DNA of 64,000 nt. It comes from Veleropilina oligotropha (taxonomy: Eukaryota). This document shows, piece after piece, positions 17,901-28,099 of the stretch (position 1 is the first letter of the stretch; every line of letters starts with the position of its first letter). The notes beneath the pieces are model-generated. The model did no database searches. It was not told the origin of the DNA and worked only from the letters and a program-made list of their open reading frames with translations. The position numbers and the translations under genes were made by a program. The stretch spans positions 1 through 64,000 of the forward strand of contig JBEUKZ010000101.1 in NCBI GenBank assembly GCA_048128005.1. The letters run 5' to 3'.

Positions 17901-18763
17901 ACCGGGTAGGCATTCTCGTAGTAGACCTTGTCGACCCCAGTGATAGCACCCGGCTTAGTGTCCTGAGAGATCTCAAAGACACCCTGGCCCTTCTTCCTCG
18001 CAGCTTTCACCGGGTCAAACTTGTCTTCGACCACCCAGTCACCTTCACCCCACTCACGCAAGAACTTTATTCTAAGGACATACTCGCCCTTTGGAAGGGC
18101 TGTGAGGAGCTGTGCCGCCCTTGCATCTGTCATACGGGCATCCAGGGCCAGCCGTCCAGCCACTTCTACCCTCCATGTGGAGAAAGCCGCCGCGGCGCCA
18201 TCGACCTCAAACTCGTCTTTGGCGTCGCTCAAGAGTTCCACCCATGGCTCTTTTGCTGGGAGCCTTACTGGGGGAGGGACCTGGTCATCCAGGTCGATGA
18301 ATCGTTGTCCCTCGGGTGTGGTAAATTGCCCTAGAAGATCCTTCTGGTAGTCCTGGGCTGTCCGGGGCGTTTTGGAGATGAGAAGATCGGGCCCCTTCCG
18401 AGCAATAGCATGGGCAAGGGTCTCTTTCCGAGACCGCTTGACGATTCGATCCGCGATGGCGCGAAGTGGCTTCAGTCGAATCCTGGGATTTTTCTCAGCC
18501 TGGGATTCGTATTTACGAGCCTGCAGGGCGGCGTCGACCTCGTCCTTAATCTGCCGCAACTCGCGAGCACGTCGGCCTCTTTTGTGGGGGTTCTCCACAT
18601 CTCCACGTATGGAGGGGAACCTTCCCGTTTTCATCGCCCGCTCGAGTCTGCTCCGAAACTCCGCAGCACGGACCCTGGCGATTGCCCTGATGAGGTCGTG
18701 CTTCTTGAGCTTCGACCGAGCGGGAATCCCATAATCTTTCGCTAGATTGCGCAGGTCATCCAT
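14930..18763 (-). CDS. Replication fusion protein: HeH / OTU-like / degenerate PolB / SF1 (RecD-Pif1-like) helicase / HNH-like
   Basis: DMKSCYPAS, CSIIGKF, VATDSIY; GGGGCGKTT, IIWDE, GDQGQ, YALTIHSSQG, YLAVSR; CAAC...VDRVDNSRGH...NV...CLECN. Confidence 0.88.
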   Translation of the reverse strand: MDDLRNLAKDYGIPARSKLKKHDLIRAIARVRAAEFRSRLERAMKTGRFPSIRGDVENPHKRGRRARELRQIKDEVDAALQARKYESQAEKNPRIRLKPLRAIADRIVKRSRKETLAHAIARKGPDLLISKTPRTAQDYQKDLLGQFTTPEGQRFIDLDDQVPPPVRLPAKEPWVELLSDAKDEFEVDGAAAAFSTWRVEVAGRLALDARMTDARAAQLLTALPKGEYVLRIKFLREWGEGDWVVEDKFDPVKAARKKGQGVFEISQDTKPGAITGVDKVYYENAYPVTAVVYGVYPLREPNPANLVPMKNGDLNCVAQRVVEHFEGALRGHGLTPTRRQKILEWEERVHVTGATVDDIATLEKILKRAITLRDIAGADIYNSGKYQASMWKSIELICHNGHAWSKDLHFPQSREVHLYGGDVWEAIRQATQNEPLAVWLLGGTDRQLSVDQFVLQDGRTYRTKETHEILQKACTALGNESLAERAFGVNHAASIMAKETNGWKPTPAALLDDIQKACVEHGHGGLWNSMNYDTGDVCCIDMKSCYPASFLGKGEAKPYFERFGHPTHSMTRVAINGPLPRDIGTGFAEVVEWEFAQDIHPVIVAWFGKHFAENGWAPTPLLAFLIDSGLLKSLKIREAIIAFKKQTDVWLPPDRDQGCSIIGKFTQGAKADGKRLTRRLVTDQGELDFLVRDTRQSGTLVGAPQRCPLGHILTYYDGSQPQYAHLRASMLAYAHINLLSMLQRFSAAEAVRVATDSIYLKKASLEKLDDVTVYVAPRLCGCGEKSCISCLIAEPYLPPVAPAQWRDKGEQLYMPQEHAAYLPKPEYCCAANSSQPSTAPCYNDTLTHHRLSYLNGGGGCGKTTRAIELFRARNPVVFTPTHRLAKEMRTRGVKAQTYHSFFRWSGQNDWTPDRMGQKFIPRVIIWDEVCTVPRAILEMFLDWLGRHEVQVICCGDQGQPPPITGEMPHDWLRKTADYYEEIEVDYRAKDDPALQALKRRIRLQPDKVQCDEMRRTLPSCLGWDRFVNTWKPGDLILTSRQKVRERAQELLLQRHKEHFPDSMVPILYHPRDSRKQNIMVTIPGTSDREELVLNDVVEVTIEAAERAILTPDWRLGYALTIHSSQGLTIHDPQKVWIIDDYLQWSNLAYLAVSRVELLRQLERVTCPPDEGSEDRPPQTEQQLRKTIQKKLVAYKRQDQATGLPGFNLKVDDILRLREAQNNRCAACNIELLWAYSPKDTQQFSVDRVDNSRGHTRDNVRLTCLECNRKRGFAVVNA

Positions 18764-18811
18764 GTTGCTGGGGGGGTACACACTAGGATCTTTACTTCTC
18801 TAATATGAAAT

Positions 18812-19105
18812 TTACGCGTGGTAAATTGCAGCCATGCGGAGAAACTCTCTCTCGAAGGCCCTTTTCTTTCGTTGCCAGTCCATACCGTTCTCACTCTTAT
18901 ACCCACAGCCCTTACACAACGTAAGCCGGTTGAAAACGCCCTTCCCGCATTTGCTGCAGGGTTTTGTGCCCCGGCCATTTCGCCGTTGCCGAGCCAGATG
19001 GACTTTGCAATACGTGTTCAGACATCTCTTACCACATAGCTCCGTGGAGCTGATGGTGAGCCATTGACAGGTGTCCGTTCCCCACATATTGATAGCGGTT
19101 ATCAT
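18812..19105 (-). CDS. Small Cys/His-rich zinc-finger-like protein, 97 aa
   Basis: C...C...C...CxxH and CxxC...CxxC; all Cys kept in copy 2. Confidence 0.68.
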   Translation of the reverse strand: MITAINMWGTDTCQWLTISSTELCGKRCLNTYCKVHLARQRRNGRGTKPCSKCGKGVFNRLTLCKGCGYKSENGMDWQRKKRAFEREFLRMAAIYHA

Positions 19106-19132
19106 TGTATATACCAGTCTCTAATAGATATT

Positions 19133-19414
19133 ATGACACTAAGATATCGAGCCCGGTGCACGGTGAGAAATAACCGGCATGTTAGACGTTGTGTAGTTAT
19201 ACTTGAAAGCAACATGCCACAGGAAGACATTATTACGCTGTACAGCGAACGGAGCTTCAGGCGCGTTAAAAACCTCTTAAACCGGGGCTATAACGTTTTG
19301 ATCGTTGTACTCGACAATGGTGAACAAGCGATATATAAGAAGAAGACCAAAGACGGTAGAAAGGGAGTTGCACGAAATCAAACTCACCCCCCCTGCTACT
19401 GCTCGCATAACTGA
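19133..19414 (+). CDS. Hypothetical basic protein
   Basis: Open in both copies; ATG at 19133. Confidence 0.5.
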   Translation: MTLRYRARCTVRNNRHVRRCVVILESNMPQEDIITLYSERSFRRVKNLLNRGYNVLIVVLDNGEQAIYKKKTKDGRKGVARNQTHPPCYCSHN

Positions 19415-19591
19415 GGAGCCCGGGCCGGCGAGGGTAGTGGGCCGTCCCTGGGGGCTCTATGTCGCTGTACACACGGTAACTTTTTTGTAATACACGATAT
19501 ACCCTGGGGTCTGAAATATAGCTGGGAGCCTTCCCGGTCGCCCCGGGGCCCTAGTCTAAACTCCCCTGCTGACTAGTCCGAGCTACCCTGA

Positions 19592-19903
19592 GTTCTGAAA
19601 TAGGGCTGGGCGCTGTATTTTCCCATTCTAAAAAGTACACTGACCCCCCCTGCTGCTGAGTTGAGATCCATATTAATTCTGAAAAGTGCTGGGAGCCTTA
19701 ATTTCCCTCGCCGCGCCCCCAGATAAAAGGTATGGTCACCCCCCCTCGGAACAGGTGCTGGGAGCCTTATTTTCCCATTATAAAAGGTATGATCACCCCC
19801 TGCTGCTGAGTTGAGATCCATATTAATTCTGAAAAAGTGCTGGGAGCCTTAATTTCCCTCGCCGCACCCCCAGATAAAAGGTATGGTCACCCCCCCTGCT
19901 GCT
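19592..19903 (-). repeat. Right TIR of copy 1
   Basis: Reverse complement of 2994-3305. Confidence 0.93.
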
Positions 19904-22003
19904 CACCTGGCTAAGTAGGTATTTTCTGTTATGTCTGCAAGATGCGGCCAGTTCGTTTCTTTTGTTCAGTGTGCATGTTTCTGGTTTGCAAATTATCATG
20001 TACTTCTCTAGTAAACACAGATTGCATCTCTTAGTGGTGTTCGAGTATGATTTTGCTTGTTTTAATGCTTTCCATTTGATTTTAAAGTTGATGTTTCTGT
20101 CTTTTAGTTTCCAGATATGCTTACTTAGCTCCGTTTGGTGGCGTTTGCTTTCATGGTTGAAAGATGTCTTGTGGTTTCTAAATCTGGTTTTGAACTCCGT
20201 TTCGCACAGGCCAATGTATGATTCTGTTGTGTTGTTATCTTGTCTTGTTACTGCTGCTTGGTATATTATACTCTTTGTTAGGCACTTGTTTTCAAGGGGG
20301 CAGTCATCTTTGTTTCTACAGTTGCATGTGTTTTGGTGGGCTGCAGGTTTGTTCTGATTTTGGTTAATGATTTTTCTGTTGTGTGTTTCGATGGAATTTT
20401 TCATGTTGGGCATGCATGAGTAGCTGAGTTTGAGCGTGTGCCTGTTGAATATTTTGTTTAGCTTGTGATTTTTCGGGAAGCATTCGTCAATTATCGTTAG
20501 GAATTGCTTGCCAATGTTGGTTTGTACGTTACTGTTGAATGGTGGGTTGAACCATGTGATGCTTTTGTGCCTGGTGCGTTTCTTTTTTGTGGTTTCCTCT
20601 GGTTTGTATTCTAATTTGTACTTGTATCCGCTGTTGTGCAGGGCTTCTTGGTATTTGGGTGTTGCTTTGTCAAATACGTCTTTGTTGGACGAAATTCTAC
20701 ACAGTCTTTTGTTTATGTTTTCTGGGATGTTTCTGGTTATGCTGGGTGGATGGTTGCTGTCTTTATGCACATACAGGATTGTGTTGCCAGGTTTCATGTA
20801 GGGTTGGAATGTGGAGCTATTTAGGTTGAATGTCACGTCGAGGAAGTTAATTATCTTTTTGTTCGCTTCTATGGTTATTTTCAGGTTGTGCGCTTTGAAT
20901 ATTTTGCATATCTGTTTTTTAATGTTTTCTATTGTGCGTGGCGTGGCTTTGCATGTTGCCAGTCCATCGTCCCTGTAGAGTCCTATGTTGTCTTTAATTT
21001 CGGTGGGGAGCAGTGATAGCAAATATGTGCCAATTAATTCGCAGGTTTCGGCTCCGTCAAAGCTACCCATGGTTACGTCAAATGGTTTGCATTTTTTCGT
21101 CCACCCTTCATCATTGTGGAATAGAAGTGCTTTTTTCGCATGCATTATTATATGTTTGTCGTCGTCAGTTATTGTTGTGAAGGCTTTTGCGTAGCCTAGG
21201 GCTTTTGATAGCAGTTCTTCTGTGATGGATGGGTAGAAGTCACACACATCAAATGAGATGAAGGAGTGCTCATTTTTGTTTTCGATTTTTTTGAACCAAT
21301 CGATTACTGCATCTGTGTTTTTCCAGATGTTTGCGTTTGTCTTTGCTGCAAGGTCCTTGTTTATGTCGTCTAGAATTCTTTTGCTGATAATTCCTATTTC
21401 TGATTTGGTAGGGTTAATGAGTCTGCATGTTGGGTTGTTTTGGAAATTGGGTTTGTGGTCTTTGAGTGTGACAAAAGTGTTTTTTTGCGCTAGCTTTTCG
21501 ATTCTGCCTTCTAACTTTAGCTTGGTTGCTATTTCTTTGTCAATTTTCGTGATCTGGCTGATGGCTTCTGGCGCAGCCTTTTTGTAGCTCTTTGTTACAT
21601 TTTTGTCTATCAATTTGTTGTATTCGCTGTAGTCAAGCTTGTAGTAGTTAGTTGTTTTATCAGCTTTTGTAAAAATTCTTGTATCTGCATTTATTTTTGT
21701 CAGGTCGTTCTTTAGTGTTGTTTGTAATTCATTGCTATACGGTTGAAATTTGATGTTTTGAATGAGCTGGGTAAGTTTGCTTTCAAATTCAATCAGTTCT
21801 TTAATATTAGGTGTCGGTTTTCGTGATTTGAATCCGTAAGTCTCATTGTTTGTTGCGTTTGCATCGGGATTTAGATAAAAGAAGGCTTTCCATCGTATTC
21901 GTTTGATTAAATGTTCCGTCATTTCAATAAGGCGTTTCAGGTAGTCACTTTTGTTTGCTATAGGAATGTTTTTTGTAGAGTACTTAAAGTTTACATTTTC
22001 CAT
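19823..22003 (-). CDS. Penelope-like RT-endonuclease with chimeric C-terminus read into the viral TIR, 726 aa
   Basis: Matches 337-2442 through ...SQV, then SSRGGDHTF... encoded by the TIR. Confidence 0.9.
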   Translation of the reverse strand: MENVNFKYSTKNIPIANKSDYLKRLIEMTEHLIKRIRWKAFFYLNPDANATNNETYGFKSRKPTPNIKELIEFESKLTQLIQNIKFQPYSNELQTTLKNDLTKINADTRIFTKADKTTNYYKLDYSEYNKLIDKNVTKSYKKAAPEAISQITKIDKEIATKLKLEGRIEKLAQKNTFVTLKDHKPNFQNNPTCRLINPTKSEIGIISKRILDDINKDLAAKTNANIWKNTDAVIDWFKKIENKNEHSFISFDVCDFYPSITEELLSKALGYAKAFTTITDDDKHIIMHAKKALLFHNDEGWTKKCKPFDVTMGSFDGAETCELIGTYLLSLLPTEIKDNIGLYRDDGLATCKATPRTIENIKKQICKIFKAHNLKITIEANKKIINFLDVTFNLNSSTFQPYMKPGNTILYVHKDSNHPPSITRNIPENINKRLCRISSNKDVFDKATPKYQEALHNSGYKYKLEYKPEETTKKKRTRHKSITWFNPPFNSNVQTNIGKQFLTIIDECFPKNHKLNKIFNRHTLKLSYSCMPNMKNSIETHNRKIINQNQNKPAAHQNTCNCRNKDDCPLENKCLTKSIIYQAAVTRQDNNTTESYIGLCETEFKTRFRNHKTSFNHESKRHQTELSKHIWKLKDRNINFKIKWKALKQAKSYSNTTKRCNLCLLEKYMIICKPETCTLNKRNELAASCRHNRKYLLSQVSSRGGDHTFYLGVRRGKLRLPALFQN

Positions 22004-22207
22004 ATTACTTCTGGTAGAGCGCTCAACAGTAATTATAAATCAGCCAACCAACTACTATGAAATAGTTGGACTAACTGTTTTACAATGTAATGGAGCAATT
22101 TAGAGTACGTTTGGATAACTCAAACAAGTTTCAGATATATATGGCAGAGCACTCAACACTCAACGTTTATAGTGAGTGGAGTTGATATACAATATAATAA
22201 TTTATGG

Positions 22208-22250
22208 TCGCGACAGATCTGTTTCGTGCTATAGTGCACTCGGCGGGCGA
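22208..22250 (-). ncRNA. Minimal hammerhead ribozyme, intact copy
   Basis: Identical to 1-43. Confidence 0.75.
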
Positions 22251-24533
22251 ACGTATTACGTTAAGTTGCGGTTAAGAAGTAAGGATGTACGTTTATAAAT
22301 ACGAAACTAAAACTAATTTCGGACAACTCGGCACACGGGGATTTCGCGATGCCGAATATAGGCAAAGCTGTAAATCTGTGATAATTGTGATAATTAATTG
22401 TGATAATTAATTGTTTGTTTCTTTGTTTGATTATATGTGGGCAGCTTGTTACACTTGGCTAGGGGGTATTTTCTGTTATGTTTATACGAAACTTCCGAAA
22501 TTAGTTGTCTTCTGTTTGTTAATTTAATTATATGAAAGTGGGTTTATTTCACCTGGCTAAGTAGGTATTTTCTGTTATGTCTGCAAGATGCGGCCAGTTC
22601 GTTTCTTTTGTTCAGTGTGCATGTTTCTGGTTTGCAAATTATCATGTACTTCTCTAGTAAACACAGATTGCATCTCTTAGTGGTGTTCGAGTATGATTTT
22701 GCTTGTTTTAATGCTTTCCATTTGATTTTAAAGTTGATGTTTCTGTCTTTTAGTTTCCAGATATGCTTACTTAGCTCCGTTTGGTGGCGTTTGCTTTCAT
22801 GGTTGAAAGATGTCTTGTGGTTTCTAAATCTGGTTTTGAACTCCGTTTCGCACAGGCCAATGTATGATTCTGTTGTGTTGTTATCTTGTCTTGTTACTGC
22901 TGCTTGGTATATTATACTCTTTGTTAGGCACTTGTTTTCAAGGGGGCAGTCATCTTTGTTTCTACAGTTGCATGTGTTTTGGTGGGCTGCAGGTTTGTTC
23001 TGATTTTGGTTAATGATTTTTCTGTTGTGTGTTTCGATGGAATTTTTCATGTTGGGCATGCATGAGTAGCTGAGTTTGAGCGTGTGCCTGTTGAATATTT
23101 TGTTTAGCTTGTGATTTTTCGGGAAGCATTCGTCAATTATCGTTAGGAATTGCTTGCCAATGTTGGTTTGTACGTTACTGTTGAATGGTGGGTTGAACCA
23201 TGTGATGCTTTTGTGCCTGGTGCGTTTCTTTTTTGTGGTTTCCTCTGGTTTGTATTCTAATTTGTACTTGTATCCGCTGTTGTGCAGGGCTTCTTGGTAT
23301 TTGGGTGTTGCTTTGTCAAATACGTCTTTGTTGGACGAAATTCTACACAGTCTTTTGTTTATGTTTTCTGGGATGTTTCTGGTTATGCTGGGTGGATGGT
23401 TGCTGTCTTTATGCACATACAGGATTGTGTTGCCAGGTTTCATGTAGGGTTGGAATGTGGAGCTATTTAGGTTGAATGTCACGTCGAGGAAGTTAATTAT
23501 CTTTTTGTTCGCTTCTATGGTTATTTTCAGGTTGTGCGCTTTGAATATTTTGCATATCTGTTTTTTAATGTTTTCTATTGTGCGTGGCGTGGCTTTGCAT
23601 GTTGCCAGTCCATCGTCCCTGTAGAGTCCTATGTTGTCTTTAATTTCGGTGGGGAGCAGTGATAGCAAATATGTGCCAATTAATTCGCAGGTTTCGGCTC
23701 CGTCAAAGCTACCCATGGTTACGTCAAATGGTTTGCATTTTTTCGTCCACCCTTCATCATTGTGGAATAGAAGTGCTTTTTTCGCATGCATTATTATATG
23801 TTTGTCGTCGTCAGTTATTGTTGTGAAGGCTTTTGCGTAGCCTAGGGCTTTTGATAGCAGTTCTTCTGTGATGGATGGGTAGAAGTCACACACATCAAAT
23901 GAGATGAAGGAGTGCTCATTTTTGTTTTCGATTTTTTTGAACCAATCGATTACTGCATCTGTGTTTTTCCAGATGTTTGCGTTTGTCTTTGCTGCAAGGT
24001 CCTTGTTTATGTCGTCTAGAATTCTTTTGCTGATAATTCCTATTTCTGATTTGGTAGGGTTAATGAGTCTGCATGTTGGGTTGTTTTGGAAATTGGGTTT
24101 GTGGTCTTTGAGTGTGACAAAAGTGTTTTTTTGCGCTAGCTTTTCGATTCTGCCTTCTAACTTTAGCTTGGTTGCTATTTCTTTGTCAATTTTCGTGATC
24201 TGGCTGATGGCTTCTGGCGCAGCCTTTTTGTAGCTCTTTGTTACATTTTTGTCTATCAATTTGTTGTATTCGCTGTAGTCAAGCTTGTAGTAGTTAGTTG
24301 TTTTATCAGCTTTTGTAAAAATTCTTGTATCTGCATTTATTTTTGTCAGGTCGTTCTTTAGTGTTGTTTGTAATTCATTGCTATACGGTTGAAATTTGAT
24401 GTTTTGAATGAGCTGGGTAAGTTTGCTTTCAAATTCAATCAGTTCTTTAATATTAGGTGTCGGTTTTCGTGATTTGAATCCGTAAGTCTCATTGTTTGTT
24501 GCGTTTGCATCGGGATTTAGATAAAAGAAGGCT
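22208..24533 (-). mobile_element. Penelope-like unit C, 5'-truncated, abutting a (TA)n tract
   Basis: Matches unit A up to ...AGAAGGCT at 24533, then TATATATA; ORF remnant from 22544 lacks its start. Confidence 0.9.
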
Positions 24534-25102
24534 ATATATATATATACACTTAATTGTCCCGCAATTTAAATGTCGCGACTTAACACGATGAATTTTAAGC
24601 CAACCATTACTATAATTTAAGTTTTCAATATTGAGTTCTTCGCCAAACTTTCTAATTGGCTTCCATGCGCAGAATTTCGTCAGTTATTGGTATATATGTT
24701 TGTGCCCGAGCAATAGTGAACCACATAACATATATATATCTGCTGCCTTAATTGTTCCCACTGAGAGTTGCTTTCGGTTTTAAATTGTATAGCCCATTTG
24801 TCAACTATACCTGACAGTTAGTTCCTGTCTCAGAGACATTATTGACCTCCCATGACACCAATTCCATTACTGCTCCCAGAATGTGCTTTGCTCATGGCCA
24901 GGCAACTGTAATCTTAAACTGCATGGTCAACCTCTGGATTTATAATCTATCAGCTGAGAGCTTCAACCAAAGCAAAACAATAATATGAACATGTACTAAG
25001 CTAATTATACCAATAGAAGTATTTACAAGAAATCAACTTTATGGCTATATAAGCATTAATGATTACGTATAGGCATAGAACTCGAGAAGTTCTATGGTAT
25101 AG

Positions 25103-25204
25103 GTTAACCAACGTGGGACTGTTGATTCTTGAAAAATAATTCACGCGGGCCGACAGGCCCAAGTGAATTAATTTTCAAGAATCCACAGTCCCAAGTTGGT
25201 TAAC
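25103..25204. repeat. Imperfect hairpin of about 100 bp
   Basis: GTTAACCAAC.TGGGACTGT...ACAGTCCCA.GTTGGTTAAC. Confidence 0.7.
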
Positions 25205-27332
25205 TTATTCAATCCATTTTGACAATATTAGCTATTTGTTATATTTTAAACATTATTATATACATGAAATCGCCAATTTAAAAACAATACGATAGAAATT
25301 TTGTACGAATTGGGGTTTACTCTCCCAAAAGTCCTGTCGGATCCCATTCCTAATTAGTTGAAGGTGCCGCTTAATCATGGTTATGAATAGACGTTTAATG
25401 TGCTCGTTAAGTGCAATTATACCGGCATGCATGGCGAAATATTTTTGCGTCATGATGATGTACATTTCAAAGCACGCTCACTTGGCTTCAGATGTTTGAC
25501 CAGAGCACACGTGGGATTTACCTCTGCAGAGAGCATCAGGTATAGTATAATATTGCAAATATATGTTGTATTTTAATGACATTTCTGTGATATAATATTT
25601 AAATAGCTCTCGGTGTTCGTTTCAAAGTAAAGCAATGGAACATCGTTCATATGAACAACAGCATTATATGGAGTATTGCCAGATTCTTCTGAACGTTAAA
25701 CGTGTATTACATTTTATTCATTTGGGTAACGAATTTAATGTGCTTGAAGTTTGTTGTCAGTGCAAAAATGTTGTCTACGCGTTAAAATAATTAATATTTT
25801 CTTTTCAGTGTCCAAGTGTACTAGAATGGACTCGTCCGCAGATAAACTACCTCTTTGGATTATATACTGCGTTAAACATGCTTTCCTCATTTTCTGGAAT
25901 GGAATCGTCCATAGCATGGAATTAATGCACATAACGCTTGTTTAATTGGTCTTTTAAGGAGACACAATGCTTTTGTAGCAGTGGATTCGTGTAGAATAAT
26001 CAACAGTTATAACAAAAGAAAACTAGGTCAAAATGGATTAAAATTATAGGACCACATATGAAGATCGATGACAACTTGTTAAGAATTGTAGATGATGCGC
26101 ATGAGCTCTGTGCCCTCTGTGTGTTTAATAGATTAGGCGTAATAATACAGACTGAACTTTGTACCTGCACTTCTCCAATCTTAGCCCTTTTGGCATTCTT
26201 GCTGCACTGCCTCTTCTGACCATTTTCTCCTCTGTATTTGAGGAACGCTTCATATGTTGGAATGTCTATTGTGAAAATGATGTAAATTATTAGTAAACAA
26301 ACATATATATGATCATGTATATGAAATAGCCACGATTATGAACAACAGGCAAGAGCCTATGTTTTTTTGCTGACAGCATAGCCTACATGATATTCTACCA
26401 AGCTTTTGTATATATATTATATCATATTATATACCTCGCACCGAGTTACATCTCTATATATTTTTACATTTTGGTTACTATCTATGTCGAAATGGCATTT
26501 TCGTTTTTATTATTAATAGCACCAACAAATAATTTGTCACAGTTTTAGTCAAAATATAATGCGAAAAGGACAGATAATGCAGCATCTACAGAGTAATGAC
26601 ATTAGGCGACGTAGGTTCCCTAAGAAGCGATTTACTAAAAAGACAGCAAACTTCTCACAACATGAACATATGCATGCATTATTATTTAAACGTCATAACT
26701 TTTTGTGTTATAAACAGAACACACATCGCGGTTGACTTGCTTTTTATGAGAAATCGCGCGCTATAGCATTTTTAAATCAAATCAATCCTATATTGGAAGC
26801 ATGAATTGACATACATTCCCTATGAAGTTTATCTAGAACATATACTTAACACAGATTACAGAGCAAAAGTTCGCAGTCATAATTAACAAATCATAAGGTG
26901 CTCTAATTGCCGCCAAAACAACTTACTTTAAGTTTTGGATGCAGTCGTAGTGTCTCCTGGTGTATGTGGCAGCAATATTGTGAGCTTTCGACCGCAAGCC
27001 GGGCAATATTTGGCTCCATCAGGCAAACTGGCCCGGCAAAATGAACAAAACATCGGTGCCGTCAACGTTCAAGAACTTGAAGCTGACACTTCCCGCATCG
27101 AAGCGTCTGCTTTTAAAACTTGACGGGACATGTTTCTTTGGCGCTGCGGGTGATTCATTATGCGTAATGCCTAAATAAAGATTGATATGCAAAAACGCCA
27201 ATACATATTTATTTGTATTTGATACTGCGTGCGCGCACGCATGTGTTCGTATGTGTGCTAGATATTCACGCAAAATAAAGACGCGTACCTGAAACCATAT
27301 ACATATCGTCCAATAGAGTGCATGACAACTTC

Positions 27333-27900
27333 CGTTGTGTTTTGATAAAATGTATTGTGTTTTGACAAAAAGTATTACGTTTTGAGAAAAGTTATTGTGT
27401 TTTGAGAAAACTCATTGTGCTATCAGAAAAGTCTTTGTGTTTTGATAAAAATTATTGTGTTTTGAGAAGAGTTATTGTGATTTGATAATAATTAATGTTT
27501 TGAGAAAATGTATTGTGTTTTGCGAAAAGTTATTGTGTATTCTGTAAAATGTATTGCGTTAATATATATAGTGCATTATGCTATCACTTGATAAGTTTCG
27601 TTGTTACAAAATGTTTTGAGTCATCACAAAATGTTTTGAGTTAATACAAAATGTTTTGTGTATTCACAAAATGTTTTGTGTTTTGTTAAAATATATTACA
27701 TTGTGATATATAGTGCATTTATGATTTGAGTAAATGCATCGAGTTTTGTTGAAATGTTTTTAGTTGTCAAAAAATGTTTTATGCTGTAACAAAATGTATT
27801 GTGCTATAGGAATGTGTTTTCATAAAATGTAATGTGTTGTGATATGTTGTATTGTGTTGTGGCAAATGATGTTGCTTGTGGTATGTTGTATTGTGTTGTG
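27333..27900. repeat. Degenerate minisatellite, unit about 21 bp
   Basis: Repeated TATTGTGTTTTGAGAAAAG / CAAAATGTTTTG variants. Confidence 0.8.
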
Positions 27901-28099
27901 GCCCCTATGAGGCTCCATAGTGGCCTGCTGTTTTTCACACCCTTAGAAATGATCATCACTACGTGGTTGACCTAATTAGCATCAGAAGTCGACATATTTG
28001 ACTCCGGTCTTAGTGCAGTTATGAAACGGCGTTCCGAAAGCCGTTTTATCCCATCGGTTTGAAAAAACGATGGGATTATGTCGTCACGTAGTCCGTCCG

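Larger units (their letters stand above)
2994..19903. mobile_element. Endogenous Polinton-like virus, copy 1 (16.9 kb)
   Basis: 312-bp TIRs, TSD CACCT (2989-2993 / 19904-19908), integrase, ATPase, capsid genes, Pol-helicase; visibly more GC-rich than flanks. Confidence 0.93.
2647..22207 (-). mobile_element. Penelope-like unit B, split by the viral insertion (2647-2993 + 19904-22207)
   Basis: Joining the two parts and removing one CACCT copy regenerates unit A. Confidence 0.92.

Noticed and set aside
2994..19903. Bacterial prophage or contamination, suggested by GC richness and gene overlaps
   Set aside because: Clean TSD-flanked junctions into eukaryotic transposons and a eukaryotic-virus gene set (rve integrase, A32-type ATPase)
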